A DNA stretch of 63,831 nt, filler included, from Octopus bimaculoides (GCF_001194135.2; 7 parts of 6 records of this genome joined end to end with filler, not necessarily neighbours in it); one strand, 5' to 3'; shown: positions 25,451 to 40,607, numbered from the whole stretch's first letter. The notes: generated from the sequence alone by a model not told the origin. Numbers and translations are program-made.

Positions 25451-25629
25451 CTTAATTAATATTTAGCATCAGAAGGCTTTAAGCTGTTCTTATGTAGACA
25501 CAGCTGTGAAATCATTATTGCTAGTTTCTGTCCAGGTGCATTACTTCAGATGAAAGCTGGCAGTCAGACGTTTGTAATAAATATGGACTTTTCATTTGAG
25601 CTTTGAGTGCAAACATTGAATGTTCTAAT

Positions 25630-25754
25630 TCAGTGCTCTTTCGAGAAATATTGTGTTGATTTCGCCACCATCCCTGCAAAAGATTGCCTGCCCTTGAAGT
25701 CGCCTTCACGACATACTAGGTTGTCGTTGTTATTACAGAGCGCGCAGTCGGTAT
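25630..25754 (-). CDS. Candidate exon (Cys-containing)
   Basis: Acceptor ctgtacctttcag. Frame xTDCALCNNNDNLVCREGDFKGRQSFAGMVAKSTQYFSKEH-stop. An internal donor CTA|gtatgt is also possible. Confidence 0.25.
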
Positions 25755-25807
25755 CTGAAAGGTACAGGTTTCGATTATCTGTCGCTGCCTGCTGGCAACT
25801 TTTAAAA

Positions 25808-26030
25808 AGGTAGCAATGTAGCAAAATCGTTAGCACACCTGGTAAAATGCTTAGCGGCATTTCGTCCGTTTTAACGTTCTGAGTTCGAATTCCGCTGCGG
25901 TCAACTTTGCCTTTCATCATTTCGGGATCGATAAAACAAGTATAAATTGAGCTCGGGGGCGGGGGAGATGTAATCGACTTACCTCCCCCGAACTTGCTGG
26001 CCTTGTGCCAAAATACGAAACCATTATTAC
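25808..26030 (+). mobile_element. Family-B SINE
   Basis: atcgttagcac...ctgagttcgaattccg...ctttgcctttcatc...ggccttgtgccaaaat. Confidence 0.88.
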
Positions 26031-26768
26031 TGCTGTTGCTGTCATTGAAATTGTTGCTATTTTTGTTGCAGCGGGTACCGTTGTTGCTTGTATTGGTTTT
26101 GTTAAAAACGCTGTCCATACCACTGCTACTGTTTTCGCTATCATTGCAGTTATTGTTATTGTTGCTGTTATCGTCCAAATGTTTTTAATGAAGTTTGCAG
26201 TGGTATGAAAGGTTTCTTTCCGTTTTTCTTTTTGTTTTTTTTGCTACCACTTCACCGAATCTGAAAGTAAGCGTTACTGATGCCATGAGCGTTACTGATG
26301 CAAATGAGAAAAAAATCAGACGAAAGCAAATAAAATATTACAATGTTTACTTTAGGGCATATTTTGGCCGCATCTGTTTTCACCCAGTGATGCTAGGGGT
26401 CATTATCCGAAGTTTTAACAATTCACAATAGTATACAAATTGTTTCCAACAAAATTTAACAAATCTTCGAGGCGAGGCATACGTCAAACACTAACGATGT
26501 CGACGACGAAGACGACGACGACGGCGTTGATGATGACGATGATGAGGATGATGATTACGATTGTTTTTTATTTGCCACATGTGTCACCTGATGAAGGAGA
26601 GTTTACAATTTGTGAGTGTGTGGAGGTTACTTAAAATGATGAGCGGAAGAAAAGGTAAGAAGGTGGAAATGAAATAGAAAAAAAGAATGCAAAACACGTG
26701 AATACATGAATGAGGCAATTCCTCTGACACAGGAGAATCTCCAACTAACACTTATTAAGAAAGCTCAC

Positions 26769-26810
26769 AGATCATCCATCCTGGTCGTAAGGATACAAGC
26801 AGCCACCCAA
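26769..26810 (-). CDS. Candidate 42-nt exon
   Basis: Acceptor ttttttaaacaacag and donor TCT|gtgagc. Phase-1/phase-1 frame xGWLLVSLRPGWMI is compatible with 25630-25754. Confidence 0.25.
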
Positions 26811-27214
26811 CTGTTGTTTAAAAAAAGATGTAAAAATGAGGATAACCTGATGGTGGTGGTGGTGGGGTGGGGGGCTAAAACCAGAAACAATCCCTATAAC
26901 CGTACGTGCTTTGGTAATTATCAAAAACGTAAAAAACACAAAAAACAAAAACAAAAATACATGTAGAGAAATACAAAGTCAAACACTAGGACTTACAAAA
27001 ATGCATAACATACATTTTTTCCCCTTCGCCCCCCACAAGCGGAGCAAAAACGAGGAGCAATATTTTCCAATGCTCTAACGATTGCGCCAGCTAATAACAA
27101 CAACAACAATAACAGTAATAATGGTTTCAAAGGCCAACAGTTTTGAATCGGGGACTCAGTATTTGGTTGATGCCGCTGTCACTGCAGTTATCGTTATTGT
27201 TGTCCTCGTGCAAA

Positions 27215-27660
27215 TGCTTTTTGTATCATCGGTTTCAATATTTGATTGATACTTTATTGTATCGAACGCAAAAAGATGAAAGGCAAATTTGACATCGACG
27301 GGATCTGAAACCAGGAGAAAGCGAGTCGCAACAAACACTGTAAAGCATTTTGTCCAACGCGCTAACAACTCTACAAAATGACAGCATTTATCCTTTAAAT
27401 TCAGTCAGGGAAGTGCAGTCATGCTAGAGTTGTGCTTGAAGTGTTTTAGTCGAACAAGTCTGGCACTTTTGCCGAAACGTTACAGGGTCTAAACGAGCCA
27501 GCATCGGTTGCCAAGTGGAAGAGGGCAAATACAAAGAAACACACACACATATACACTACAAGCTTCCACACAGTTACCGCAATCTAATTCACTTGCTCCA
27601 GATACTGCATTGTGGGATTGAACCCAAAATCAGACGGTGGCAAAACGAATGTCTTAACTA
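27215..27660 (-). mobile_element. Degenerate family-B (27215-27375) and family-C (27390-27660) SINEs
   Basis: gatgaaaggcaaa...gctaacaactc for B. aagcttccacacagtt...tccagatactgcattgtgggattgaacc for C. Confidence 0.65.
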
Positions 27661-27661
27661 C

Positions 27662-27763
<102 letters not shown>

Positions 27764-27764
27764 C

Positions 27765-29674
<1,910 letters not shown>

Positions 29675-29794
29675 GTAATAATAATAATAACGATGATGAT
29701 GAAAATAATAATAAAAATAAAAATAATGATAATATGCTGCAGCTGCTGATAATAAATACTACTAATGCTACAATAATACTACAACTACTACTAT

Positions 29795-30335
29795 TATGAT
29801 AGCACAGGAACCTGAGGCCCAACTACCACCCTTACAACTACCCCACCCCTGATATTGTTGTTGTTGCTGCAACCACTGTTACTACTACACATAAAAAGAA
29901 TAATACCAGTGATATCAGTGATGAGAATAATAATAATGAAAGGAAACGGGTGGAGCCTCCCCATGGGCTGATTAATGATACATCTAGTGATGGTGTCACA
30001 ATATAAACACTGGTAATTGCGCAACCTGACAATCGCTACCTCATATGAGTGACAATGAAAAAACAAAATATTGTGAATAATGGTGGTAACGAAATTGAAG
30101 CCAATGATGGTGACAGTGTTACACCTGGTAGGCTCAGAGACTCTGGCCCGGCTCCAGCCTGTCGATATCCAGAAAGGGACCACCACACACAGCATAGATG
30201 GAGCAAATAAATTAATGTTGTGGTCATGAAGTATTACTACCTGAACAGCCTGGTAGATGAAAATGGTGCTCAAATTAGGGGTTAGCAGCAACGTATGTAT
30301 ATCACTGGAGAAAAAGGGATTCTGCCAGCTCACCG

Positions 30336-30400
<65 letters not shown>

Positions 30401-31703
30401 GTGAAGTGCACGGTGCTTACTTTGAAGCGGGGGTGGGGGTGGAGAGTAAATAGTAGAGGCATAGAACAGCCAAATGGAGAGAGAATGGAAAATGATGATG
30501 GGCATAATTACCTTGGGATCCTGGAGCTGGACAATAACTTGCATAAAGAAATGAAAGACAAGGTCATCACTGCATATTTCAAGTACCCTGAACTTCTCAT
30601 GAAATCAAAACTCAACTCAAGGAACCTTGTGACTACCATCAACATGTGGGCTGTTGGTGTAGTCTACTACTGTGCACCCATCTTGAAGTGGACACAAGCG
30701 GAGATTAACCAAGTCCATCGCACTACCCGAAAGGCAATGGCAATGTATGGTGCCCTCCACCCTAAGGCGAATGTACAGGCTCTACATGTAGAGGGATAAA
30801 GGTAGACGTGGGCTGATTAGCGTACGGGAGTACATCAATAGTGATAGAAGAAACATGACAGAATATTTGGTAAAAGACGTACTACAGTATATTGCTAATG
30901 CAGAAGGATTTAACAAAAATGAACTTGAGAGTGCTCATGAATTCCGATCAAGAACAGTCAACGAGAGAGAAGAAACCCTACTCCACATAGAATTACATGG
31001 TCAGTTCCACCGTGAAACCAACAAATCAAAAGACCAAGAAGCATTATGGAGGTGGTCTAACAAGGATGACCTAAAAAATAATACTGGAAGTTGAATACCA
31101 ATTCAGTGAAAAAGAATATATACCACACAAGTGCAACGGACCGCTGCAGAATATGTAGGAAGAGGATCGAAAGCGTGATTCACATTGTTAGTGCTTGTGA
31201 AAGTCTTGCGTAGAAAGAGTACAAGCATGGACACGACAAGGTAGCCCAAGGTAGCCCAAGGTAGCCCAATGGGTACGATGCCGTAAGTATGGCTTTGAGG
31301 TTACGAGTGCTTGGTGTCAACATACATCGGAAAAGTTAATGAACGAAAAGGGGAAGGCAAAAATCCTCTAGGACTTTGACTTCCAGACAGACAAGGTATT
31401 AAAGCACCGAAGGCCGGATATAGTAACCTTTAGGAGGGACAAACAAGAGTGCCTGATAATCGACGTGGCAGTGCCAAGAGATCAACATATCATCATGAAA
31501 GAAAGAGAAAAGGTTGATAAATATGGAGACCTGAAAATTGAGTTGTGACAGCTACGAGAGTCAAACATAAAGGTTATCCCTATTATTATCGGAGCATTGG
31601 GTTCAATACCACCCAATCTGAAAAAACATCTAAAAACCTTAGAAATACCCTACAATCTAGATGTTTAGCAAAAGTCGGCATTACTTGGAACTGCACGCAT
31701 ATT
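29795..31703 (+). mobile_element. Second RLE-type (R4/Dong-like) LINE subfamily with a large internal deletion
   Basis: N-terminal segment HRWSK*INVVVMKYYYLNSLVDENGAQIRG*QQRM (about 30190-30318). From 30401: KCTVLTLKRG...NYLGILELD...SKLNSRNL...LHPKANV...CRIC...RPDIV...IIDVAVP...SALLGTARI. Confidence 0.88.
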
Positions 31704-32009
31704 NNNNNNNNNNNNNNNNNNNNNNNNNNNNNNNNNNNNNNNNNNNNNNNNNNNNNNNNNNNNNNNNNNNNNNNNNNNNNNNNNNNNNNNNNNNNNNNNN
31801 NNNNNNNNNNNNNNNNNNNNNNNNNNNNNNNNNNNNNNNNNNNNNNNNNNNNNNNNNNNNNNNNNNNNNNNNNNNNNNNNNNNNNNNNNNNNNNNNNNNN
31901 NNNNNNNNNNNNNNNNNNNNNNNNNNNNNNNNNNNNNNNNNNNNNNNNNNNNNNNNNNNNNNNNNNNNNNNNNNNNNNNNNNNNNNNNNNNNNNNNNNNN
32001 NNNNNNNNN

Positions 32010-32118
32010 GATGAAAGGCAAAGTAGCCTCGCCGGAATTTGAACTCAGAACGTAGCGACGGGCGAAATACTACTAAGCATTTCGTTCGGCGCGCTAACTA
32101 TTCTGCCAGCTCACCGCC

Positions 32119-32119
<1 letters not shown>
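32010..32119 (-). mobile_element. Family-B SINE head abutting (AAT)n
   Basis: gatgaaaggcaaag...gaatttgaactcagaacg...ttctgccagctcaccgcc. Confidence 0.88.
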
Positions 32120-32176
<57 letters not shown>

Positions 32177-32516
32177 GCAGTAACAGCACACGAGGAGACG
32201 ACAATGACGAAGAAAAAGAAAATGATAATGAAACAGAAGAAAAGCAACAGAGAAGGAGGAAGAGATGGGAGAAGAAGTAGGAGTAGGGGGAAGCAACTAT
32301 TAGAAGCATGGACCCATATATATATTATCAATGCACAGTATGATGTACATTGATATTTATGTATGCACCTAATAGCTAGCATGCATGCACTTGTACATTA
32401 TATACTATTGTACAAACACAATCTATGTACATACATATTGATATGAATGCACACGTACATATAGATAGTCTTTCTCACTCTACCTCTGACTCTCTCTCAC
32501 TTTGAATATATACATG

Positions 32517-32575
<59 letters not shown>

Positions 32576-33702
32576 TCATAGATACACAAATATATATTGA
32601 ACATGTATATTTGAAAAAAAGAAAAATCTACGAAGGTATACTTTATTTACTTCAAACGACACATTTAGCTGCTATTTCAAGGAGTGTTGCAGTTTTTTCT
32701 TTTTTTGCTTTTGTAAATATGGAAAGCAACTATAACACAAAAACTGCAAAAAAACACAAAAACATTATAATCATGAATAACAAAAACAACAACAACAACA
32801 GCAACACCAACAATAACAACGACGACGAACAGCAAACTCTTATATTTAGATTGCTTTGTATCTTCCTGAGTAGGTATTGGTATTGTTGTTCTTGCTGTTG
32901 CTACTGATGTTGTCGTTGTCGCCATTGTAGTTCTTAGAGTTGCTTTTTTTTTACCTGTTTTTATTGTTGTTGCTCTTTCTCAAAATAATATTGTGTTCAT
33001 AAAACGTTTCATGGCAGTTGAGAACGCTCTGCATGCACTATTTTAAGATACGTTTTTATGATTGCAATTTATTTTTATGCTCATTTTGTGTGCACCAAGT
33101 ACTTTTTCTTCTTCTTTTTTTCTTTGTTTCGTTTCAGTTTTTCTTCTGCGTCACTTCACAAAGAAATGCTAGCGACGAAAACGATGAAGTAATATCCTAT
33201 AGAATATGGAGAGAAAAGAGATAGAAAAATAGAAGAGAAAGATAAAAATGAAGAGATATAATATATTCTTGATGAAAGATGGGGTTAATTATTAAAAAAG
33301 CTCTTAGCATTTACTTATGAAACCCACAGCAAGTGTACATTCGAGGAGACTAAAGTTTATCTATAGAAAAACAACAAAACAAAATAATATTGTTAATAAA
33401 AATAGAATGTCAATAAAAACAAAACGTATTTTTATACAAAACATTTACCAAAGTGGCTACCGATTTTAAATGTTGCATTACATGATTCTGGTTTTTGGGG
33501 TTAAAAGAAAAAAAAGACATGTAGTTAAAAGTTATCGTAAGAATATTGGCTGTATTATTGATATTAAATTTCTTACTCTTTTGTTGTCTAGTTACTCTGT
33601 TACATCACTTAGTCGGTAGTCTATACATATTGGCGAGAGAAGCGATATATTAACTGCGACAACCAAGTTGGCTCTCTTATATTTATATTTGATCAATCTC
33701 TA

Positions 33703-33704
<2 letters not shown>

Positions 33705-33733
<29 letters not shown>

Positions 33734-33826
33734 CTTCTTCTTCTTCTTCTTCTTCTTCTTCTTCTTCTTCTTCTCATCATCATCATCATCCTCATTATTA
33801 TTGTTGTTGTTGTTATTGTTGTTGTT

Positions 33827-33865
<39 letters not shown>

Positions 33866-33866
33866 G
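33705..33866. repeat. Compound (CTT)n(CAT)n(GTT)n microsatellite
   Basis: Read directly from the sequence. Confidence 0.95.
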
Positions 33867-33901
33867 CTTTTGCACAGCTTCTAACACTGGAGATGTACTA
33901 T

Positions 33902-34194
33902 ACCCATGTTTCCAGAGGTGAATTATTCAAACTCCAAAGAATTCCTCTCAACACATGGCTATGATGCCCCACCACCCACTACTTCTGCTCATGATCAGAG
34001 ATGCACATATTATCAGCCACTAAGGAACTTACTCAAGTGGTTAAGGTCAAGCAACTGACAAGCAAATGTGTGGTACGGAGCAGAATATTTGCCGTAGCCC
34101 ATCTTTTTATACCAAGGCAAAACAATGTACATAACACTTCCCATCCGTTAAGATCAAAAGCCATGAGAGCCACTGCCTGGTACTGTACCAGGGC

Positions 34195-34195
<1 letters not shown>
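33902..34195 (-). mobile_element. Family-D repeat, partial copy
   Basis: Homologous to about 3529-3834. Shares the TGCCCTG terminus, here against (TAA)n. Confidence 0.78.
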
Positions 34196-34279
<84 letters not shown>

Positions 34280-34444
34280 TTATNNNNNNNNNNNNNNNNN
34301 NNNNNNNNNNNNNNNNNNNNNNNNNNNTTAATTAATTAANNNNNNNNNNNNNNNNNNNNNNNNNNNNNNNNNNNNNNNNNNNNTATGTATGTATGTGTAT
34401 GTATGTATATATATATATATATATACTCACACACAGATACACAT

Positions 34445-34605
34445 ATATATATACATATGATGGACTTCTTTCAGTTTCCATCTACCAAATCCAGACAAGG
34501 TTTTGGTTGGCCTAGGGGCATGGTAGAAAACACTTGGACAAAGTAATCTGCAGTGGGACTGAACCTGAAACCACATAGTTGAGAAGCAAACATCTTAAGC
34601 ACATC
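34445..34605 (-). mobile_element. Family-C SINE head
   Basis: cttctttcagtttccatctaccaaatc...cagtgggactgaacctgaaaccaca. Confidence 0.75.
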
Positions 34606-35240
34606 TGCCAACACACACACACACACACACAAATACACACACACTTACACGCACAGATATATTACACATATGCATGTGCACACATACATATCTGCATTAT
34701 GCACACAGGCACACACACACAACACAACAGACACATTCACACTCCTCCCACATAATATATATGACACACGCATGTGTGTGTGTCTGTGTGTGTGTGTGTG
34801 TTTGTGCAGTGTTACTGGCTTTGAAATACAAAGATCACATTGGCTAACATTGTCCTACATTTTCTCTATGCTTGAATAAAAGATAAGGAGTAGTGGTAAC
34901 AGTCAGTCTGTCTCTGTTCATAAATCTGTTCTATGGAGGCTGAGCCAGGACTAGACTAGACAATATTAGCGACTGCAAACACCTACACTAAGACAGAATT
35001 GTTATTCACTGTTGTCGTTAGGTTACTTTAATGTTCCATGTTATAGCATGGCAGTTATTTTATTGTCATTTACACCTATTTATGGAGTGAAATAGAGTAA
35101 ACAGTTATTATGAAGCATAATCTATAGAATTCAAAAGAAATCCCCAAGACAGACTGGGAAGGCTTTTATCAGAGCCAAGAAAGAAAAATGAGCAATAAAA
35201 ATGTTTTCTGTTTTTGCTGCAACATTTTAAGACAAATAAC

Positions 35241-35698
35241 TGGCTCTCTGTTGGTTACAGCGACAAGGGTTTCAGTTGATCCAATCAATGGAACAGCCTG
35301 CTCAAAAAACTAAAGCGCTCCACAAACATGCATACCCTTAATATGTTTCTCAGGGAGATTCAGCTTGACAAGGCTGTCCCTTTTGAATTACAGGTACAAG
35401 CCATTTTTGTTAGGTGAGTGGACTAGATACCCTTAACATAATTCTCAGGGAGATTCAACATGTCACAGAAAGTGACAAGGCTGGCCTTTTGAATTACAGG
35501 TACACAGCTATCACAGAATGTTAAGGTGGCTGTGTGGTAAGTAGCTTGCTTACCAACCACATGGTTCTAGGTTCAGTCCAACTGCATAGCACCTTGGGTA
35601 AGTGTCTTCTACTATAGCCTCGTGCTGACCAAAGCCTTGTGAGTGAATTTGGTAGACGGAAACTGAAAGAAGCCCGTTGTATATATGTATATATATAC

Positions 35699-35735
<37 letters not shown>

Positions 35736-36103
35736 TGTGTGTCTGTGTGTCTGTGTTTGTCCCCCCACCATCACTTGACAACCGATGGTGGTGCGTTTAG
35801 GTCCCCCGTAACTTAGCAGTTCGGCAAAAAGCGACCAATAGAATAAGTACTAGGCTTACAAAGAATAAGTCCTGGGTCGATTTTCTTGACTAAAGGCGGT
35901 GCTCCAGCATGGCCGCAGTCAAATGACTGAAACAAATAAAAGAGTAAGGAGAGTAAAGAGTAACTCATTTTTGCCAGCTGAATGGACAGGAGCAATGTGA
36001 AATAAAGTATCTTGCTGAAGGAGACAATGCACTGCCAGTAATTGAACTTATGACCTTACATTCATGAATTGAATTCCCTGACCAACTAGCCACATGCCTT
36101 CAC
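35241..36103 (-). mobile_element. Old M-head/A-tail chimeric SINE(s), partly duplicated and interrupted by a family-C SINE
   Basis: A-type tails at 35241-35397 and 35428-35504. M-type domain at 35401-35426 and 35962-36103. Confidence 0.75.
35524..35961 (+). mobile_element. Full-length family-C tRNA-derived SINE with internal (TG)n
   Basis: Head TGGCTGTGTGG...GGTTCAGTCC; CORE-like accttgggtaagtgtc; tail gcagtcaaatgactgaaac...(agagta)n. Confidence 0.92.
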
Positions 36104-36233
36104 TCATGACAAGTGGAAGAGGCTGTGGCTGGCAGTTGTAAGATGAGGGACACTGAGGTATTGCACCCTACAAAACATGAGACTTTCACACTGCTTGCCT
36201 CACTGTAGCTTTCTGAAATATAATTATATAAGT

Positions 36234-36547
36234 GTTGTTGTTGTTGTTGTTGTTGGCACTCCGTCGCTTACGACGTCGAGGGTTCCAGTTGATCCGATCA
36301 ACGGAACAGCCTGCTCATGAAATTAACGTGCAAGTGGCTGAGCACTCCACAGACACTTGTACCCTTAACGTAGTTCTCGGGGGAGATTCAGCGTGACACA
36401 GTGTGACAAGGCTGGCCCTTTGAAATACAGGTACAAGAGAAACAGGAAGAAAGAGTGAGAGAAAGTTGTGGTGAAAGAGTACAGCAGGATTCGCCACCAT
36501 CCCCTGCTGGAGCCTCGTGGAGCTTTAGGTGTTTTCACTCAATAAAC
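36234..36547 (-). mobile_element. Family-A SINE (head lies in a gap)
   Basis: (CAA)n tail plus body, with several CpG transitions. Confidence 0.92.
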
Positions 36548-37251
36548 NNNNNNNNNNNNNNNNNNNNNNNNNNNNNNNNNNNNNNNNNNNNNNNNNNNNN
36601 NNNNNNNNNNNNNNNNNNNNNNNNNNNNNNNNNNNNNNNNNNNNNNNNNNNNNNNNNNNNNNNNNNNNNNNNNNNNNNNNNNNNNNNNNNNNNNNNNNNN
36701 NNNNNNNNNNNNNNNNNNNNNNNNNNNNNNNNNNNNNNNNNNNNNNNNNNNNNNNNNNNNNNNNNNNNNNNNNNNNNNNNNNNNNNNNNNNNNNNNNNNN
36801 NNNNNNNNNNNNNNNNNNNNNNNNNNNNNNNNNNNNNNNNNNNNNNNNNNNNNNNNNNNNNNNNNNNNNNNNNNNNNNNNNNNNNNNNNNNNNNNNNNNN
36901 NNNNNNNNNNNNNNNNNNNNNNNNNNNNNNNNNNNNNNNNNNNNNNNNNNNNNNNNNNNNNNNNNNNNNNNNNNNNNNNNNNNNNNNNNNNNNNNNNNNN
37001 NNNNNNNNNNNNNNNNNNNNNNNNNNNNNNNNNNNNNNNNNNNNNNNNNNNNNNNNNNNNNNNNNNNNNNNNNNNNNNNNNNNNNNNNNNNNNNNNNNNN
37101 NNNNNNNNNNNNNNNNNNNNNNNNNNNNNNNNNNNNNNNNNNNNNNNNNNNNNNNNNNNNNNNNNNNNNNNNNNNNNNNNNNNNNNNNNNNNNNNNNNNN
37201 NNNNNNNNNNNNNNNNNNNNNNNNNNNNNNNNNNNNNNNNNNNNNNNNNNN

Positions 37252-37548
37252 GACCCCACTGCATAACTGGTACTTAATTTATTGACCCCGAAAGGATGAA
37301 AGGCAAAGTCGACCTCGGCGGAATTTGAACTCAGAACGTAACAGACGAAATACTGCTAAGCAGTTCGCCCGGCGTATTAACATTTCTGCCAGCACGCCAC
37401 CTTTCTGTTTCTGCCTACCAAATTCACTTATAAGGTTTTGGTTAACCCAAGGTCATAATAGAAGATATTTGCGCAAGGGGATGTGCAGTGGGATTGAACT
37501 GATGACCGCATACATGGAAATCAAGTTTCTTAACCACACAGCCATGGT
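37252..37548 (-). mobile_element. Family-C head followed by a family-B SINE (composite or nested)
   Basis: B at 37252-37400 joined to C at ...ccacctt|tctgtttctgcctaccaaattcac. Confidence 0.8.
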
Positions 37549-37767
37549 TGCACTTACTATCTTTAAAAAGAAATATAATAATAATAATAATGCTTTCTAC
37601 TATAAGCACAGGGCCTGAAATTTTGGGATAGGGAGCCAGTTGATTAGATTGTAAGACTAATGGTGATGTAGGGGAAACTGAGGTTAGTCAGAACACGTTT
37701 CACAAAGACGCTTATTTTCAATATATTGTTACATCAATAAATCTACTACCCCATCTGTTTTATATAT

Positions 37768-38360
37768 AACTAGTTGAGGTACCCAGTAAAAAATTACCAT
37801 TAATAAGTTGTCTGTTTATAGCCATGAAACACTTTCCGTCAAATTTTGACATTTTTCAAAAATTTTAAATCTATATTAATAGGTAGGACCAATTTGATGA
37901 AAAAATGACCAGTGTCTGGTAGCGAACCCATGTTGTCGTCATTTTTGTACATGTGTGTAAAATGGTGAAATTTTACGCTTTGAGGAAGATTCTGTCAAAT
38001 TGATACCACAACAGGTCATGCGCAAAATGCCTAAATTTTGCTTGAGAAATAAAATGGTCTTACCTAATCAAAACCTGAAATGCTGGGGAATTCAAACAAT
38101 GAATTGAAATAATAAGTTTTAACAAATCAAAACAATTTGCATTGAAATGAAGAATTAGCAAATGCTAAAATAAGCTGTCTGTTTATACCCATGAAACATT
38201 TTTCTTCAAATTGATGTCACGATGGCTAGTGCAAAAAATGCCGAAATTTTATGATTTTTGAAAAATTGACGCTGATTAACAATCGATTTTTTAAAAATTC
38301 CAAGTGCGTAAGTGACCACATGGGCATAAACCCCACACACATGTCAAGTTTCATCACACA
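37768..38360. mobile_element. Possible non-autonomous Helitron/Helentron-like repeat
   Basis: Starts aactagttgaggtaccc. Internal 45-bp direct repeat at 37801-37845 and 38169-38212. Ends near catgtcaagtttcatc. The classification is by resemblance only. Confidence 0.3.
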
Positions 38361-38609
38361 AACTTGCCATTAATTTTTATGGATAGTACACCTTTTCTCT
38401 TCTCAGTAAAATGCAGAGCATGGGCCTCGTTATTGTATTTGAAGGGTCTTCAAGTTCTTATACTGATTTTCTTGTGAAAATGATGTGACCAAATTTTGCC
38501 TGCATTTTCATTGTCTATCTGAGACTGAGGAATTCTCAGGCAAAGATCGTCTTCATGTGTGCCCAAATGCAAAACTCCTGATCTTCTTTTGAGTTCAAGT
38601 TCTCCTATA

Positions 38610-39030
38610 TGGACTACTGTTAAGTGTTACTACATATGCCAGGGCAAGTGCTGTTACTACATGAGCTAATATAAGTGCTGCTACAGGGGTAGTTTGTTAC
38701 TACATGAACAAGTGTAAGTATTGTTAGATGGACCAGTGTAGGTGTTAGTACATTAGACCAGTGTAAGTGATATGACATGGGACAGTGTATTGCTACATGG
38801 GACAGTGTATTGCTACATGTGACAGTGTATTGCTACATGGGACCGTGTATTGCTACATGGGACAGTGTAAGTTCTTATACAGGAAAAAGAGACATTGTTA
38901 GTCAGCATGGCCCAGAGTACGATGTGGTCTGGAATTCATTACTTCCATACCATTAGACCAGTGTAAGTGATACTACATGGGACAGTATATTGCTACATGG
39001 GTCAGTGTAAGTGCTAGTACATGAAATAGT
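38610..39030. repeat. 20-bp minisatellite (ctacatgggacagtgtattg)
   Basis: About 5 near-perfect units at 38775-38870 with degenerate flanks. Further degenerate units lie at 39880-39950. Confidence 0.85.
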
Positions 39031-39506
39031 GCAAAAGGTGTTCATTTATTTACTTGTGAGGCCTGTGTGAATTCTACAGAATGAAAAATATTAAGAGGAC
39101 CTATTTAAGAAAGAAAAGATAATTTGCATTTTTATAGCTTTCTTTAAATATGCTTCGCATATGTTTACATCCATTTCCTCACATCTCTGTCGGTGTTGTC
39201 TTTTTTTTATTATATCTTCTCCCTGTAACTTTTCACTATCAACACACCACTACCACTATCATCATCATCATTACTATAATTCTCAGTAACAAAGCTCATT
39301 TCAGTTTGGCTGTTTGTTTGATGATGTATCTCAACACCTCTCTCTCCCACTTTTTCTCTCTTTGTTCTTCACCTCTCCTTTCAGCTGACCACGTGACATA
39401 CTTCACCTAAATGTATTATTCACTTTTCTCTACTTCTTCCTCTCTTCTTTCTTCACTCCTCCCTCTCTCTCTCTCATTCTTACTCTACCTCTCACTACCT
39501 CTAACT

Positions 39507-39823
39507 TTCTTTTCTTTTCGCCCTTTCAAAGCCTAGCCAGGCTCATGGGCCCGGTTTCCTGGTTTCTATGGCGTATGTGTTCCTCCCCAGCTGGACAGGA
39601 CACCAGTCCATCGCAGCATTACTCAAGAAACAGGAAGAAAGAGTGAGAGAAAGTTGGAGTGAAAGAGTACAACAGGGGTCGCCACCACCCCCTGCCGGAG
39701 CCTCGTGGAGCTTTAGGTGTTTTCGCTCAATAAACAGACACACAACGCCCGGTCTGGGAATCAAAACCGCGATCCTCCGACCGCGAGACCACTGCCCTAA
39801 CCACTGGGCCATTGCACCTCCAC
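39507..39823 (-). mobile_element. A-head/M-tail chimeric SINE with TSD
   Basis: Junction TTCCTGTTTC|TTGAGTAATGCTGCGATGG near 39625. 14-bp TSD cac(t/c)acctctaact at 39493-39506 and 39823-39836. Confidence 0.9.
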
Positions 39824-40547
39824 ACCACCTCTAACTAACTAAAGTATAATGGGCAAACAGAACAAGCAGGCTATTAAGTAGATGGACCAGGGTAAATGCT
39901 ACTACATGGGCCAGTCTAACTGTTACTACCTGAGACAGTGTACTTGTGATAGTAGGGTTAATTGGAACATGCTTGTTGCAACTAGCCCTTATCATCATGT
40001 TCCAGTCAGCTCCATAACAACCTCAACATTTACAATTTACACAACACAAACTGGAACACACCAGTTACATCCTGCTCTTTCTTCAAAACAATTGACAAAC
40101 ACAAATGTTCATTCCTGATTGTGGTGTTTCCTAAACAAATTTAATATTTCTAACAAGTGAAAATTTTACTCTGAGATGAAAAAGAATATAAAGAAATCTT
40201 TCTGTAATCTTGGAAAAAAAATCTTCTGCATCAATTTGATAGCAATATGGCTGACTGGTAGTATAAGAGACTGTCAAAAGGTGGCAGCACAGGTCCTCAC
40301 TAAGTTCTTTGCTTCTGAAGGGAAAAGAGGTGTATCAAACTTACCCTACATTCCAATTAACCCCACTGTTCTGTCCCCTACGCAATGGCTTACATATCTG
40401 TCTTATTATCAAGTGTGTGTGTGTGTGTGTGTTATATATGTGTATTTGTGTGTGTGTATTTATATGTGTGTGTATTATGTGTATTTGTGTGTGTGTGTGT
40501 GTATTTATATGTGTATTTATGTGTGTGTGTATTTATATACGTGTATT

Positions 40548-40607
<60 letters not shown>

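Noticed and set aside
26588-26601. CTGATGAAGGA motifs here and on the minus strand near 10915
   Set aside because: No matching GAAA or cleavage-site blocks nearby.
38775-38870. CRISPR-like regular repeats
   Set aside because: No unique spacers, no cas genes and a eukaryotic context. It is a plain minisatellite.
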